A DNA stretch of 64,000 bases from a virus: positions 33,841-97,840 of the IMG/VR virus record IMGVR_UViG_3300005288_000003; one strand, 5' to 3'. The notes below the pieces were generated by a model. That model was not told the origin of the DNA and made no database searches. It was given only the letters and a program-made list of their open reading frames with translations. Position 1 is the first letter of the stretch. Each line of letters starts with the position of its first letter. Shown in pieces: positions 26,542 through 35,901 of this stretch. The position numbers and the translations under genes are program-made.

Positions 26542-26607
26542 GATGCGCCCCATAGCTCGTTACCTACAAGGTAGCGGGCTTTCTTTACGCCTTTAGAAGA
26601 GGTACAG

Positions 26608-27081
26608 ATGCAGTATTGTGAAAACAGTCCGAGTGGATTGGTAGATAACTCCGGTAACGTTATTGGTTGGCAGAAAAGCCGAGGAAATTGGCACGTAAAA
26701 GTGGATGGCGTAGATACAGAAGCACATAGAGTTATATGGGAAATGTTCCATGGGCCTATTCCTGACGGGATGGTGGTAGATCATGAAAACAGGGATGCTT
26801 CTGATAACTTAATCTCGAACTTGAGAATTGTGACTCAAGCAGTTAATACTCGAAACCGTAGAATGAGTAAACGGAATGTATCCGGTCACACGGGAGTATT
26901 TCACAATGAAAAGAGAAATCGATGGGAAGCCTCGTGGCGAGAGGATGAAAAGACTCGCACAAAGACGTTCTCATGTTCCACGTATCATGATGCAAAGGAG
27001 AGAGCGATTGCTTACAGAATTATGCAGATTGACAGATTAAATACATTAGGGTATGGTTACACCGCCACACATGGCGTATAA
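26608..27081 (+). CDS. HNH endonuclease with AP2-like domain
   Basis: AHRVIWEMFHGPIP, VDHENRDASDNLISNLR, SGHTGV. Confidence 0.9.
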   Translation: MQYCENSPSGLVDNSGNVIGWQKSRGNWHVKVDGVDTEAHRVIWEMFHGPIPDGMVVDHENRDASDNLISNLRIVTQAVNTRNRRMSKRNVSGHTGVFHNEKRNRWEASWREDEKTRTKTFSCSTYHDAKERAIAYRIMQIDRLNTLGYGYTATHGV

Positions 27082-27107
27082 TTCTCACCTGTAATATAGG
27101 AGTAGGC

Positions 27108-27377
27108 ATGAGCAAGCAGAAAATCACCACCGTAACATTCGCTGAGTTCGCACATTATGAGTTCATTCCACCAGCCACGTTCTTCATTCAGAACGCACTG
27201 GGCGAGTACATCTTCATCCATACAGCAAATCGTGCAACAGCACAAGCATGGGTCGACGAAAACTACGGCAAGGGTCGCTACACTGTGAAAGCTTCGAAGC
27301 TCCAGAAAGGCAAAGAACTTGGGGAAGGCAGCAAACCTGCTTTCGGAACCGCAACCCGCAGAGGGCAAAAGAAATGA
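27108..27377 (+). CDS. Hypothetical protein
   Basis: AGGAG RBS; 89 aa. Confidence 0.7.
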   Translation: MSKQKITTVTFAEFAHYEFIPPATFFIQNALGEYIFIHTANRATAQAWVDENYGKGRYTVKASKLQKGKELGEGSKPAFGTATRRGQKK

Positions 27378-27583
27378 TCCTGATCGACGACGCAATTCAA
27401 CAACTGCTTGACGTTCGTAAAGAACATGGTAACATCCCGCTGATCTTCGGTGACTGCAATGCGATGCACAAGGTCAACTGGATCGAACCCGTCGCTATCG
27501 AAGACCTGAACGAGTTTTACCTCGAAACAGCACCAGATGATGGCGAAGACGAAATAGAAAAGAACGCGGTACTGATCGGATGA
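27374..27583 (+). CDS. Hypothetical acidic protein
   Basis: Start MILIDD in ATGA overlap. Confidence 0.65.
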   Translation: MILIDDAIQQLLDVRKEHGNIPLIFGDCNAMHKVNWIEPVAIEDLNEFYLETAPDDGEDEIEKNAVLIG

Positions 27584-27783
27584 ACCGTGCCAAGGCAAAG
27601 CTCATGCGAGCCAGACGGAAGCGAGGACGCTGCCATTGCAGCGGCCCTGAACACTCGAATTGCGAAGTGACTCAGGAAATCCGACAGCCGGGAACCCGTG
27701 ACATGGATCGCCGCGACTACGAGAAAGACCTCGCAGAAGCAGAGCGTGAAATGGAGGATACATTCAATGATGAACAAGTATGA
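27580..27783 (+). CDS. Hypothetical protein
   Basis: Coupled ORF, 67 aa. Confidence 0.55.
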   Translation: MNRAKAKLMRARRKRGRCHCSGPEHSNCEVTQEIRQPGTRDMDRRDYEKDLAEAEREMEDTFNDEQV

Positions 27784-28180
27784 CAAGCTCTACATGTCGT
27801 TTGCCGAGGCGGCAGCCTCTGAGTCTCACTGCCCTCGCACGCAGGTTGGCTGTGCTGTGGTATTGGACTCGGGAGTCGTCAGTCCCGGTTTCAACGGTCA
27901 CGCCTCGGGTGGCCCTAACGTATGGGAATATTCAGAAACTGGGAATCCAGAGGTCGTCCATGCTGAGCTTAATGCTTTGGGAAAATGCTTGGAGCAGGGA
28001 CTCTCCGCGAAAGGTGCAAGTGTCTATGTCACACTCAGTCCTTGCCTCCCTTGCGCGATGCTGCTAGTCCGTGCAAAAGTTAAGCGAGTGGTGTATCGTG
28101 ACGATTACCGTCTGACCGAAGGGTTGGACTACCTGAAAAAATACAACGTGGAGGTGGATAAATATGTTGACCCTGAATGA
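27767..28180 (+). CDS. dCMP deaminase
   Basis: HAELNA and PCLPC zinc motifs. Confidence 0.9.
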   Translation: MMNKYDKLYMSFAEAAASESHCPRTQVGCAVVLDSGVVSPGFNGHASGGPNVWEYSETGNPEVVHAELNALGKCLEQGLSAKGASVYVTLSPCLPCAMLLVRAKVKRVVYRDDYRLTEGLDYLKKYNVEVDKYVDPE

Positions 28181-28688
28181 CCGCTGGGAAGCAATGACCA
28201 GCCAAGAGCAAGACGCTGTTCGTGCATTGCACGCTGTGTTGGCTCAAACGAAAGCACATCCAGAGCTGCATGCTGATCCTGTGCAAGTGATCGAAGATAT
28301 CGAGTTCACCCTGCAAGGGTTGTGGAAATTCGACCGTAGTGTTAACCACCACACTCACTGGCTCGACATAAAGGGCTGCAAATGTCCTAAAATGGACAAC
28401 CGTGATCACTGGGGCACTGGACGTATCACTGTCAGCAACTGCAAATGGCACTGGGAAGAACCAGAACCGAAGACCTATGTTGTTGCATTGATTTCCAGTT
28501 CGTGCGATCATTACCTCGACACCTTCAAAGTGAAGCACCCGAACGATCTGGTTGAAGCGATGAAGGAACACTACGGTGATGAGTTCTATCACATGGATCA
28601 AGTGGACATCACATCCCCTGACGGCGGTAACGCTGCTCGTGCAGAACGTGCTGTATTGAATGCAATTGAAGAAGGAGAAGACGAATGA
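28164..28688 (+). CDS. Hypothetical protein
   Basis: GGAGG RBS; GCKCPKMDN motif. Confidence 0.7.
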   Translation: MLTLNDRWEAMTSQEQDAVRALHAVLAQTKAHPELHADPVQVIEDIEFTLQGLWKFDRSVNHHTHWLDIKGCKCPKMDNRDHWGTGRITVSNCKWHWEEPEPKTYVVALISSSCDHYLDTFKVKHPNDLVEAMKEHYGDEFYHMDQVDITSPDGGNAARAERAVLNAIEEGEDE

Positions 28689-28921
28689 TCGTTGTAGACG
28701 TTTCCGGCCAAGCACTGGCCGTTGGTGACAAGGTGGCATACTGCCTCGGCGGCAAGGGCACGCAAATGCGTGTTGGTGAAGTGTTGCGAATGACGACCAA
28801 ATCGGTTATCATCAGTGGTTCTGAAATGCGCTATCAGTGGGCAGACGGCAAGTACAATCACGTCCTCACGCCAGTTGAAACAGTGCGTGCGTTTGACGCC
28901 GTATCGAGGATCATCCAATGA
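28685..28921 (+). CDS. Small SH3/KOW-like protein
   Basis: DVSGQALAVGDKVAY. Confidence 0.65.
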   Translation: MIVVDVSGQALAVGDKVAYCLGGKGTQMRVGEVLRMTTKSVIISGSEMRYQWADGKYNHVLTPVETVRAFDAVSRIIQ

Positions 28922-30120
28922 TGCTCGTTGAACTGTTCGGCAAAGACAAAGGTGGCAAGTACAAGGTTTGGGCTATCGGGACAACCGAAAGCGGCGACCT
29001 GACCATTGCCCACGGCCAAGAAGGCGGTAAGATGACCGTCAAGATGGAAAAGATCAAGCCGAAGAATGTGGGCAGAGCAAACGAAACCACGCCTGAGCAA
29101 CAGGCAGACCTCGAAGCTCAAGGTCGTATCAAGAAGCAGATCGACAAGGGCTATCGCCACACCAAAGAAGAACTGGAAAACCTCCCTGTTCTGGCTATGC
29201 TGTCGAAAGACCATACCAAAGACGGCAAGGAAGAAAACATCGACAAAGGTGTGTTCATTTCCGATAAGCTGGACGGTGTACGCTGCCTTGCGAAGTGCAA
29301 GCTGGCAGAAGGCATCAAGGTCGTCACTCTGGAAAGCCGTACCGGCCAACCCTACGATGTGCCTCATGTCGTCGAAGAGCTGATGAACATTATGGAGCCG
29401 GGGGACATTCTAGATGGCGAGCTGTACGTTCATGGCCCAAGCCTGCAAGAAATCACATCTGCTGTGAAGCGTACAGACCCTGAAAAGAAGATTGCTGCTG
29501 CCTACAAGAAGATGCAGAAGGCTTGCGGTGGAGACGGTTATGCTGATGCAGAGGCTGAATATGCCGAAGCGATTATGATCGAATCCTTGAGGAAGGACTT
29601 GGAATTCCACGTGTTCGATTTGGTTGTGATGGACACTCCGTTCGAAGAGCGGCTGGAAATGCTTACCGAGTATGCGAATAGCCGATTCCTCAATGATGTG
29701 TATTCCTATGTAACAATGGTCACATATCGGTACGTTGACAACCTTGCAGACCTGACAACACAGCTTCACTGGTGTATCGAACGTGGCTACGAAGGTATCA
29801 TGTATCGCACCAAAGACGGCCTGTACGAAAGCGGCAAGCGTTCTGCTGGTCTGTGGAAGTTCAAGCTGTTCATGGACTCCGAGTTCCTGATTCTGGACGT
29901 TGAACCGAAGAAAGATGACGGCTCTGCGTTTGTTGTGCGAAATGACTTGAATGAAAGAACGTTCTCGGTTACACTGGGCTCCATGCTTGAACGAGCTGAG
30001 TTCCTTGCGAACAAAGAGCTTTACACCGGTAAGCTGATTACTGTACAGTATCAGGCTCGCTACAAAGATACGCTCCTGCCACAGTTCCCGACTGGCAAAG
30101 CAATCCGTGACTACGAATAA
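28918..30120 (+). CDS. lig: ATP-dependent DNA ligase
   Basis: KLDGVRC, LDGELY, FHVFD, EGIMYR, KFK motifs. Confidence 0.95.
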   Translation: MMLVELFGKDKGGKYKVWAIGTTESGDLTIAHGQEGGKMTVKMEKIKPKNVGRANETTPEQQADLEAQGRIKKQIDKGYRHTKEELENLPVLAMLSKDHTKDGKEENIDKGVFISDKLDGVRCLAKCKLAEGIKVVTLESRTGQPYDVPHVVEELMNIMEPGDILDGELYVHGPSLQEITSAVKRTDPEKKIAAAYKKMQKACGGDGYADAEAEYAEAIMIESLRKDLEFHVFDLVVMDTPFEERLEMLTEYANSRFLNDVYSYVTMVTYRYVDNLADLTTQLHWCIERGYEGIMYRTKDGLYESGKRSAGLWKFKLFMDSEFLILDVEPKKDDGSAFVVRNDLNERTFSVTLGSMLERAEFLANKELYTGKLITVQYQARYKDTLLPQFPTGKAIRDYE

Positions 30121-30130
30121 GGAGAAACAA

Positions 30131-30571
30131 ATGACTGATGCAAATGCTGTAATTGATACTGTAGCAGAAGAATTCATCCCGGTAGATACCACTGTAGTTC
30201 AAGTGCGTTCGATCCTGAACTTCATGTACGCACTCGGGTACGTTCTCGATGGGACTGTTAAGACTGCCCGCTTCTTCACAGAAGCTGCTGATGGTCAAGC
30301 TAACCGCTACCTGAGCGTGAACACAGCCATCCGCCTGCACAACATGCCAGCTCATGGTTGGGAGTTGGTTGAAGTGAAGGGCGACTTGGTTGCAAAGCCG
30401 AAGGGCGTGAATCTGAAAGCTGGCTACACTCCAATCGGTGTGCGTCTCGCTATCGCCAGTAAGCTGGTAGATAAGGCAAAAATCAGTGTTAACCGCACTG
30501 GACAGATCGTGACACAAGATGTTATGATCAAACCTCTGAACGTAGCTGTACTCCAGCTCGTAGAAGGTTGA
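30131..30571 (+). CDS. Hypothetical protein
   Basis: Start MTDANA after AAGGAG. Confidence 0.7.
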   Translation: MTDANAVIDTVAEEFIPVDTTVVQVRSILNFMYALGYVLDGTVKTARFFTEAADGQANRYLSVNTAIRLHNMPAHGWELVEVKGDLVAKPKGVNLKAGYTPIGVRLAIASKLVDKAKISVNRTGQIVTQDVMIKPLNVAVLQLVEG

Positions 30572-30578
30572 TGCACAC

Positions 30579-30605
30579 GCCCGCCCACAAGGCGGGCATT
30601 CCTTT
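30579..30605 (+). terminator. Terminator (same hairpin as at 38705)
   Basis: GCCCGCC-CACAA-GGCGGGC. Confidence 0.65.
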
Positions 30606-30627
30606 GCCTATAGAAAAGGAGAGACAC

Positions 30628-31086
30628 ATGATCGAACTGACACCAGAAGTGATCCTGATCAATAAAGCCAAACGCTTCGCTACAGAGAGACACGCAGGGC
30701 AGATGTATGGCAATGAGAAGTACACGTACCATCTGGAGCAGGTTGTCGCCAACGTTGCAACTCGTATGAAGGGCGATCCTTTACTCTCGACGTATATTGC
30801 TGCGGCTTGGCTGCATGACGTCATGGAAGATTGTGGCGTAAAATACGACGAGATTAAAGAGCTGTTCGGGAGTACTGTAGCCAATGCAGTTTACCGCTTG
30901 ACTAGGACAGATGACCTGTCTTATAATGAATACTTAGTCCAGTGCATTGAGTTCCATGTGTCGCGGGAAGTGAAAATCTGCGACACTATGGCCAACTTAA
31001 CGGAGAGCTTCAAGAGTGGCAACGCCAAAGGGCTTGCGAAGTATCCGAAACAACTCGATATGCTGCTGAAAGGAGAAGTAGAATGA
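30628..31086 (+). CDS. HD-domain small alarmone hydrolase (SpoT/Mesh1-like)
   Basis: FATERHAGQ...YTYH...AAWLHDVMED...VKICD. Confidence 0.8.
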   Translation: MIELTPEVILINKAKRFATERHAGQMYGNEKYTYHLEQVVANVATRMKGDPLLSTYIAAAWLHDVMEDCGVKYDEIKELFGSTVANAVYRLTRTDDLSYNEYLVQCIEFHVSREVKICDTMANLTESFKSGNAKGLAKYPKQLDMLLKGEVE

Positions 31087-31262
31087 GTGAACTGACAGAC
31101 GAAGAACGCGCAGTCTTATTGATGCAGCTTCGTACACAATTGAAACGTGCCCGAGAAGACTTCAAATACTTGGGCTTCGGCTATGAAGTGCTGGACGCCG
31201 TGAGCGAACTACGAGATTTCGTGGAATTTGAATTGGACGAAATGGAGGTGGAATATGAGTGA
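31083..31262 (+). CDS. Hypothetical protein (59 aa)
   Basis: AAGGAG RBS; MSELTDEERAVLLMQLR; below track cutoff. Confidence 0.6.
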   Translation: MSELTDEERAVLLMQLRTQLKRAREDFKYLGFGYEVLDAVSELRDFVEFELDEMEVEYE

Positions 31263-31830
31263 CGTACAAAAGTGGTGGACAAGTGACCTGCATGTTGACC
31301 ATCGAAACATTATCGAATACTGCAACCGTCCGTGGACGTTTGACCAGCAAGCAGAAGAAATCATCAAGCGCTGGAACAGCCGTGTCGGCCTGTACGATGA
31401 CGCATACCACTTGGGCGACTTCGTGTTCGCCGGTAGCAAGGGCTTGCAGAAGACTTTGGATGTCATTAAGGAACTGAACGGCAACATCACGTTCATCCGT
31501 GGCAACCACTGTCAAGATGGCCTGTGGGAACTGATCGAGCGTGCTAACCTGCCACACGTGAAGGAGATTTGCCACTACAAGGAAATCACCGTCGAGCGTA
31601 CCAAGATTTGTATGTTCCATTATCCAATGGAAACTTGGAACAAGGCACACCACGGTGCATGGCACTTGCATGGTCACTGTCACGGTAGCTTACCACCACG
31701 AGGAAAAAGATTGGACGTAGGGATTGACAACCACCCTGATCGTCAGATATTCTCGCTGGCTGAAATCAAAATTCACATGGCGAAACAAGAGTTCGCTGTA
31801 GTCGACCACCATACGGGAGAACGCGAATGA
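31255..31830 (+). CDS. Calcineurin-like metallophosphoesterase
   Basis: SDLH, LGD, GNH, HYP, HGHCH motifs. Confidence 0.9.
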   Translation: MSDVQKWWTSDLHVDHRNIIEYCNRPWTFDQQAEEIIKRWNSRVGLYDDAYHLGDFVFAGSKGLQKTLDVIKELNGNITFIRGNHCQDGLWELIERANLPHVKEICHYKEITVERTKICMFHYPMETWNKAHHGAWHLHGHCHGSLPPRGKRLDVGIDNHPDRQIFSLAEIKIHMAKQEFAVVDHHTGERE

Positions 31831-32024
31831 ACGAATATGTCTACGTTGTAACTAGCGTTGAAATGGGTTGGGATTGCGTTTGCGGTGTTTACAAAACAGC
31901 AGAAGCAGCGTATCGTAGCTGCTTTCGCTACGACGAAACTGGCATGACGCTGGAAGAAATGGAAGCTCTCGTTGAAGATGGCGACACTTCCTATGTAGTC
32001 CACACCAAACGACTGGAGGCATAA
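31827..32024 (+). CDS. Hypothetical protein
   Basis: Coupled 65-aa ORF. Confidence 0.6.
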   Translation: MNEYVYVVTSVEMGWDCVCGVYKTAEAAYRSCFRYDETGMTLEEMEALVEDGDTSYVVHTKRLEA

Positions 32025-32025
32025 A

Positions 32026-32925
32026 ATGTTTCAAGAACTGATTGACCAAGGGCTGGTAAAACAAAAGCGCTACGACAACGGTCTTTCCGTTTTCAAGTAT
32101 TCTCGTGAAGTGTTCTACCGTGCCCTGTGGAACACCAACCCTCTGCTGCTGGAAGCTCGTGGCATGGTGCTGGCGGACGATGGAACCAAGGTCATCTGGC
32201 CTTTCACCAAAGTCTTCAACCATCACGAGAACGGCACTGAGCTGGACTTGGATACTGTGGTCATTGCTCCACGTAAAGTGAACGGCTTCATGGCTGCTGC
32301 TCGTTACTGGAATGGTGAGCTGGTTGTCTCGACGACTGGTACACTCGATAGTGACTTCGCCAAACTGGCACGTACACACATCGAAGCGTTGCCAGAATTT
32401 GAATTCGTGAACGGTTTGGCTACAAACTATACACTGTTGTTTGAAATCTGTGATGTCTCTGATCCGCATATTATCGAAGAAGAGGCTGGTGCATACCTGA
32501 TCGGCGCTCGCGACATGGCAACTGGACAAATGCTGACAGAAGGGCATCTGGACATTATGTCTCGCGCTTGCGGTGCTAAGCGTCCTGCTCTGTTTCACGG
32601 TACGTTCCGCCAAGTGCTTGAACTGTTAGACGACTGCAAGCACGAAGGCTACATGGTAAGGCTGGCTACGCCAGAACAGACAACAGTCATGAAACTGAAA
32701 TCGCCACATTACCTCACGAAGAAATTCCTGATGCGGATGGGGCAAAAGAAAGTGGATGCGATGTTCGATGACAAGGAAGAATTCCTCAAGACGATTGACG
32801 AAGAGTTTTACCGTGTCGTGCACTTCATCACTCGCTGGTTCACAGCGGACAACTGGATAGCATACAGCGACCAACAACGTCGCGAGGTTATCGAAGCCTA
32901 TTTCGAAGGACTAAGGGGAGAATGA
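32026..32925 (+). CDS. RNA ligase 1 (T4 Rnl1-like)
   Basis: EARG, PFTKVFN, KVNG adenylation motif, LLFE, EGY, KLKS. Confidence 0.85.
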   Translation: MFQELIDQGLVKQKRYDNGLSVFKYSREVFYRALWNTNPLLLEARGMVLADDGTKVIWPFTKVFNHHENGTELDLDTVVIAPRKVNGFMAAARYWNGELVVSTTGTLDSDFAKLARTHIEALPEFEFVNGLATNYTLLFEICDVSDPHIIEEEAGAYLIGARDMATGQMLTEGHLDIMSRACGAKRPALFHGTFRQVLELLDDCKHEGYMVRLATPEQTTVMKLKSPHYLTKKFLMRMGQKKVDAMFDDKEEFLKTIDEEFYRVVHFITRWFTADNWIAYSDQQRREVIEAYFEGLRGE

Positions 32926-32926
32926 A

Positions 32927-33346
32927 ATGACTATCAAAATGCGTTTGGACACTGAAGGGTTGCGTGCCCTGATCAAAGAAAACCCGCAACTCGAAATCGA
33001 GATTGGCAAGGAAGTGCTGAATAATATCAACACTGACACCATCAAGGGCAAGATCGAAGGTCAGATTGAGTCCTGCCTGAAAGGCTTGGTTCAAAACGCT
33101 GGCACAAGCTGGACTCCGCGTTGGGTTGCGAAAGCCCCTGAGCTGACTCAGGCCGTGAAAGATGCTGCTCAAGTGGTTATCAACGAGCAACTAGAAGCGA
33201 GTATTGCTCGTGCAGTCGAACAAGCTGTCGGTCGTGAGATTGGTGTACAAACTGCCCGTCTCCGTCGTGAAATGCTCGATGCAATCCGTGAGCTGATCAC
33301 TCCAGAAGTGGCACGTGACATCGTTCGGGAGAAGATTCTGCCGTGA
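32927..33346 (+). CDS. Hypothetical protein
   Basis: 139 aa, helical. Confidence 0.7.
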   Translation: MTIKMRLDTEGLRALIKENPQLEIEIGKEVLNNINTDTIKGKIEGQIESCLKGLVQNAGTSWTPRWVAKAPELTQAVKDAAQVVINEQLEASIARAVEQAVGREIGVQTARLRREMLDAIRELITPEVARDIVREKILP

Positions 33347-33573
33347 CCGTCCCGTTGGAAGAGCTGAAAGAATTCCAGAAGAAGTTGGCTGCTTCGGTAG
33401 CCTTCTCTGGTGATGTCGAATATGGGCTGATTGCAGCTGTGCTGCATCCCCTGAACAAATACGTGGAGGAAATTGAACGTGTCGAAGCTCTATTTGATTC
33501 GAGGGCTTCCCGGCAGCGGGAAGAGTACACTGGCTGCGGAACTGGCGACTGCCTTGGGTGTGCCACATTATGA
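33343..33573 (+). CDS. Hypothetical protein overlapping the kinase gene
   Basis: GTGA-coupled start; 100-nt overlap with next gene. Confidence 0.45.
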   Translation: MTVPLEELKEFQKKLAASVAFSGDVEYGLIAAVLHPLNKYVEEIERVEALFDSRASRQREEYTGCGTGDCLGCATL

Positions 33574-33874
33574 GCATGACGCTTATCTGTACACAGACGA
33601 AGGTGAATACCTTTGGACAGAGGGTCGGATGGCTTACGCCTATCGGGCTTGCCTACGGGACACAGCGGCTGCGATGGGCACAGGTAATGACGTTGTTGTC
33701 TCGAACGTGTTCCCGACCAGCCGTTCCATGCGGAACTACCGCAAGCTAGCAGAGAAATACGGCTATGCCGTGGCATATGTCGTCGTCGAGAATCGCCGTG
33801 GCGGAATGAACATACACAATGTCCCTCAAGAAGCTCTTGACGGAATGCGTGCATCGTTTCAGGTGGAACTATGA
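33473..33874 (+). CDS. P-loop kinase (polynucleotide kinase-like)
   Basis: LIRGLPGSGKST; VVSNVF; HNVP. Confidence 0.85.
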   Translation: MNVSKLYLIRGLPGSGKSTLAAELATALGVPHYEHDAYLYTDEGEYLWTEGRMAYAYRACLRDTAAAMGTGNDVVVSNVFPTSRSMRNYRKLAEKYGYAVAYVVVENRRGGMNIHNVPQEALDGMRASFQVEL

Positions 33875-34083
33875 GCCAGAGTAAAGCACAGTCGCTGAAA
33901 GAGACGCTATCGAACACCTTCATTGGTACAATCGGCAGCTTCTTGATCACATGGGTGACGTTATTCTTCATCAAAGACATCGTTCTTGCCTCTGCAATCA
34001 CCACAATCGCTTGCACAGTCTGGAGTATCACACGCGGGTACGCTGTACGTCGCTATTTCAACAACAAACAGGAGGCAAAATGA
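33871..34083 (+). CDS. Small membrane protein
   Basis: Two hydrophobic segments; RGYAVRRYFN. Confidence 0.7.
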   Translation: MSQSKAQSLKETLSNTFIGTIGSFLITWVTLFFIKDIVLASAITTIACTVWSITRGYAVRRYFNNKQEAK

Positions 34084-34478
34084 GCATCGTAAGAACCCGC
34101 ACCGAACAAGTGATCGACGTTTCTGACTGGGATCAACTGGTAATCGACACCTACGGGCGTCCGTACAGCTTCCAGCAACAAGATGGCTGCAAATATCGTG
34201 GGCGTGAAACCCTGCACGTTGTATCCGATCCAGATCACGTTGACGAATACGAGAACGAAACTGTCCCCGAGATTGTAAACGGTGATGAAATGGGTGTAAG
34301 CTTTGCAGCATGGCTTGCCCGTGACCCGAAACAAGGCTTGCCGGGACGGGAAGACCGTTTTGGACTGGAGCTATGGTGGGAGCGTAACTTCTATCCGACT
34401 GCCGAGGCTATCGCTCACGACCTGTTCAAGCGCGGTTTGCTGCCAGAAGGTACTTACACAATCGACATCGATTGGTGA
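34080..34478 (+). CDS. Hypothetical protein
   Basis: Start MSIVRT after GGAGG. Confidence 0.7.
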   Translation: MSIVRTRTEQVIDVSDWDQLVIDTYGRPYSFQQQDGCKYRGRETLHVVSDPDHVDEYENETVPEIVNGDEMGVSFAAWLARDPKQGLPGREDRFGLELWWERNFYPTAEAIAHDLFKRGLLPEGTYTIDIDW

Positions 34479-34507
34479 TTGACAACAGGGGCCAGACTCG
34501 CTACACT
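34479..34507 (+). promoter_or_regulatory. sigma70 promoter
   Basis: TTGACA-N17-TACACT. Confidence 0.7.
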
Positions 34508-34535
34508 GGCCCCCACACAAACAAAGGAGAACAAC

Positions 34536-35375
34536 ATGACAGACTTCAACGAAGACCTGTTCCACACAACCAACCTTGCACCACGTACACGAATCTCCAC
34601 TCGCCAATTCCTGTTTCCGGGCGGTGAAGTAGGGATCAACATGAACGTAGAGGCATCTGGCTTTACCTTAGTCACCGATGTCACCCTACACGCAAGAGCC
34701 TCTAGCTCGGACAACTTGATGGGTATGTTCATGGCTACTGACGCTCTTGAGCGAATCTACCCAAACGCACGTATCCACCTTGACCTCCCATACATTCCGT
34801 ATGCCCGTCAGGACCGCGTATGCAACGCTGGAGAGGCTTTGAGCATCAAGGCTGTAGCTCGGCTCATCAACGCACAGAACTACGCCTCAGTGACCGTTGT
34901 AGACCCTCACAGCCCCGTTAGCGTAGCGCTCATCGACCGTGTACGAGTGATGGATCAGTTCGAGGTATTCAGCAGCATCAAACAAGACTGGCACAACTGG
35001 ACAATCGTCGCTCCTGATATGGGTGCATCGAAAAAGGTCGAAGACTTCGCCAAGCGTGTCGGTGCAGCGGGCGTCATCTGCTTCAACAAGACGCGTGAAC
35101 TGTCAACTGGCAAAATCACCGGCATGAAATGCCTTGACGTGATCGAGCCAAATGGGCGATACTTGGTGCTCGACGACATCTGTGACGGTGGCCGGACATT
35201 CATTGAGCTGGCGGAACACTTCAACCACGGCATTCCTCTGGAACTGGCTGCAACCCACGGGATTTTCTCGAAAGGTGTTGACTGTGTGACTAAGGTGTAT
35301 GATAAGGTACACACCACCAACTCGTTCCACGGCGGTTTGCTCCCAGCAGACAAGCTGAACATCATCACTGTATAA
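34536..35375 (+). CDS. PRPP synthetase-like protein (Adps of NARP1)
   Basis: FPGGE, PYARQDR, DPHS, APDMGA, LDDICDGGRTF, THGIFS. Confidence 0.9.
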   Translation: MTDFNEDLFHTTNLAPRTRISTRQFLFPGGEVGINMNVEASGFTLVTDVTLHARASSSDNLMGMFMATDALERIYPNARIHLDLPYIPYARQDRVCNAGEALSIKAVARLINAQNYASVTVVDPHSPVSVALIDRVRVMDQFEVFSSIKQDWHNWTIVAPDMGASKKVEDFAKRVGAAGVICFNKTRELSTGKITGMKCLDVIEPNGRYLVLDDICDGGRTFIELAEHFNHGIPLELAATHGIFSKGVDCVTKVYDKVHTTNSFHGGLLPADKLNIITV

Positions 35376-35385
35376 GGAGAGAAAC

Positions 35386-35886
35386 ATGCTCGAAGGTATT
35401 ATCGTTTGCGTAGTTCTGATTCTGGCTCTGGTTGTCGTGTATCTCTTCAACCGTCCGAAGATTGTCGTAGATAATCTGCCACCAGTGACTGTGAAAGTTC
35501 CAATGCCAGAAGTGAAAGCTCCGCGTCAACCTGCTGCAAGCACGAAATACGGAGTCCCTTATGGCACGTACAAGACTCCCGAGAAGATTCAGGAGGAACG
35601 TGAAGAGCGTGAGTGGATTCGTAGCTCGGCTCTGCGTCAACAACAACGCGAGGAAGAGGAAGATCGTCGCCGCCGTGACCGTTATGACGACATTGCGTAT
35701 GATTCGACTCCTGACCTGTTGACCACTGCCGTCACTGCAGCTGCTGCTGTAATCGTTGCAGAAACTTTGTACGATTCTTTTGTTGACACGAGTCCAGCGC
35801 AGGAGTACAGTTCTCCTACACCGGCTTACGAGCCAACTTACAGCGAACCATCTTCGAGCTACGACAGTCCGTCGAGCTGGGACTAA
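35386..35886 (+). CDS. Membrane-anchored protein with Ser/Asp-rich tail
   Basis: N-terminal transmembrane segment; low-complexity C-terminus. Confidence 0.7.
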   Translation: MLEGIIVCVVLILALVVVYLFNRPKIVVDNLPPVTVKVPMPEVKAPRQPAASTKYGVPYGTYKTPEKIQEEREEREWIRSSALRQQQREEEEDRRRRDRYDDIAYDSTPDLLTTAVTAAAAVIVAETLYDSFVDTSPAQEYSSPTPAYEPTYSEPSSSYDSPSSWD

Positions 35887-35901
35887 CACAGGAGAAACAC
35901 A

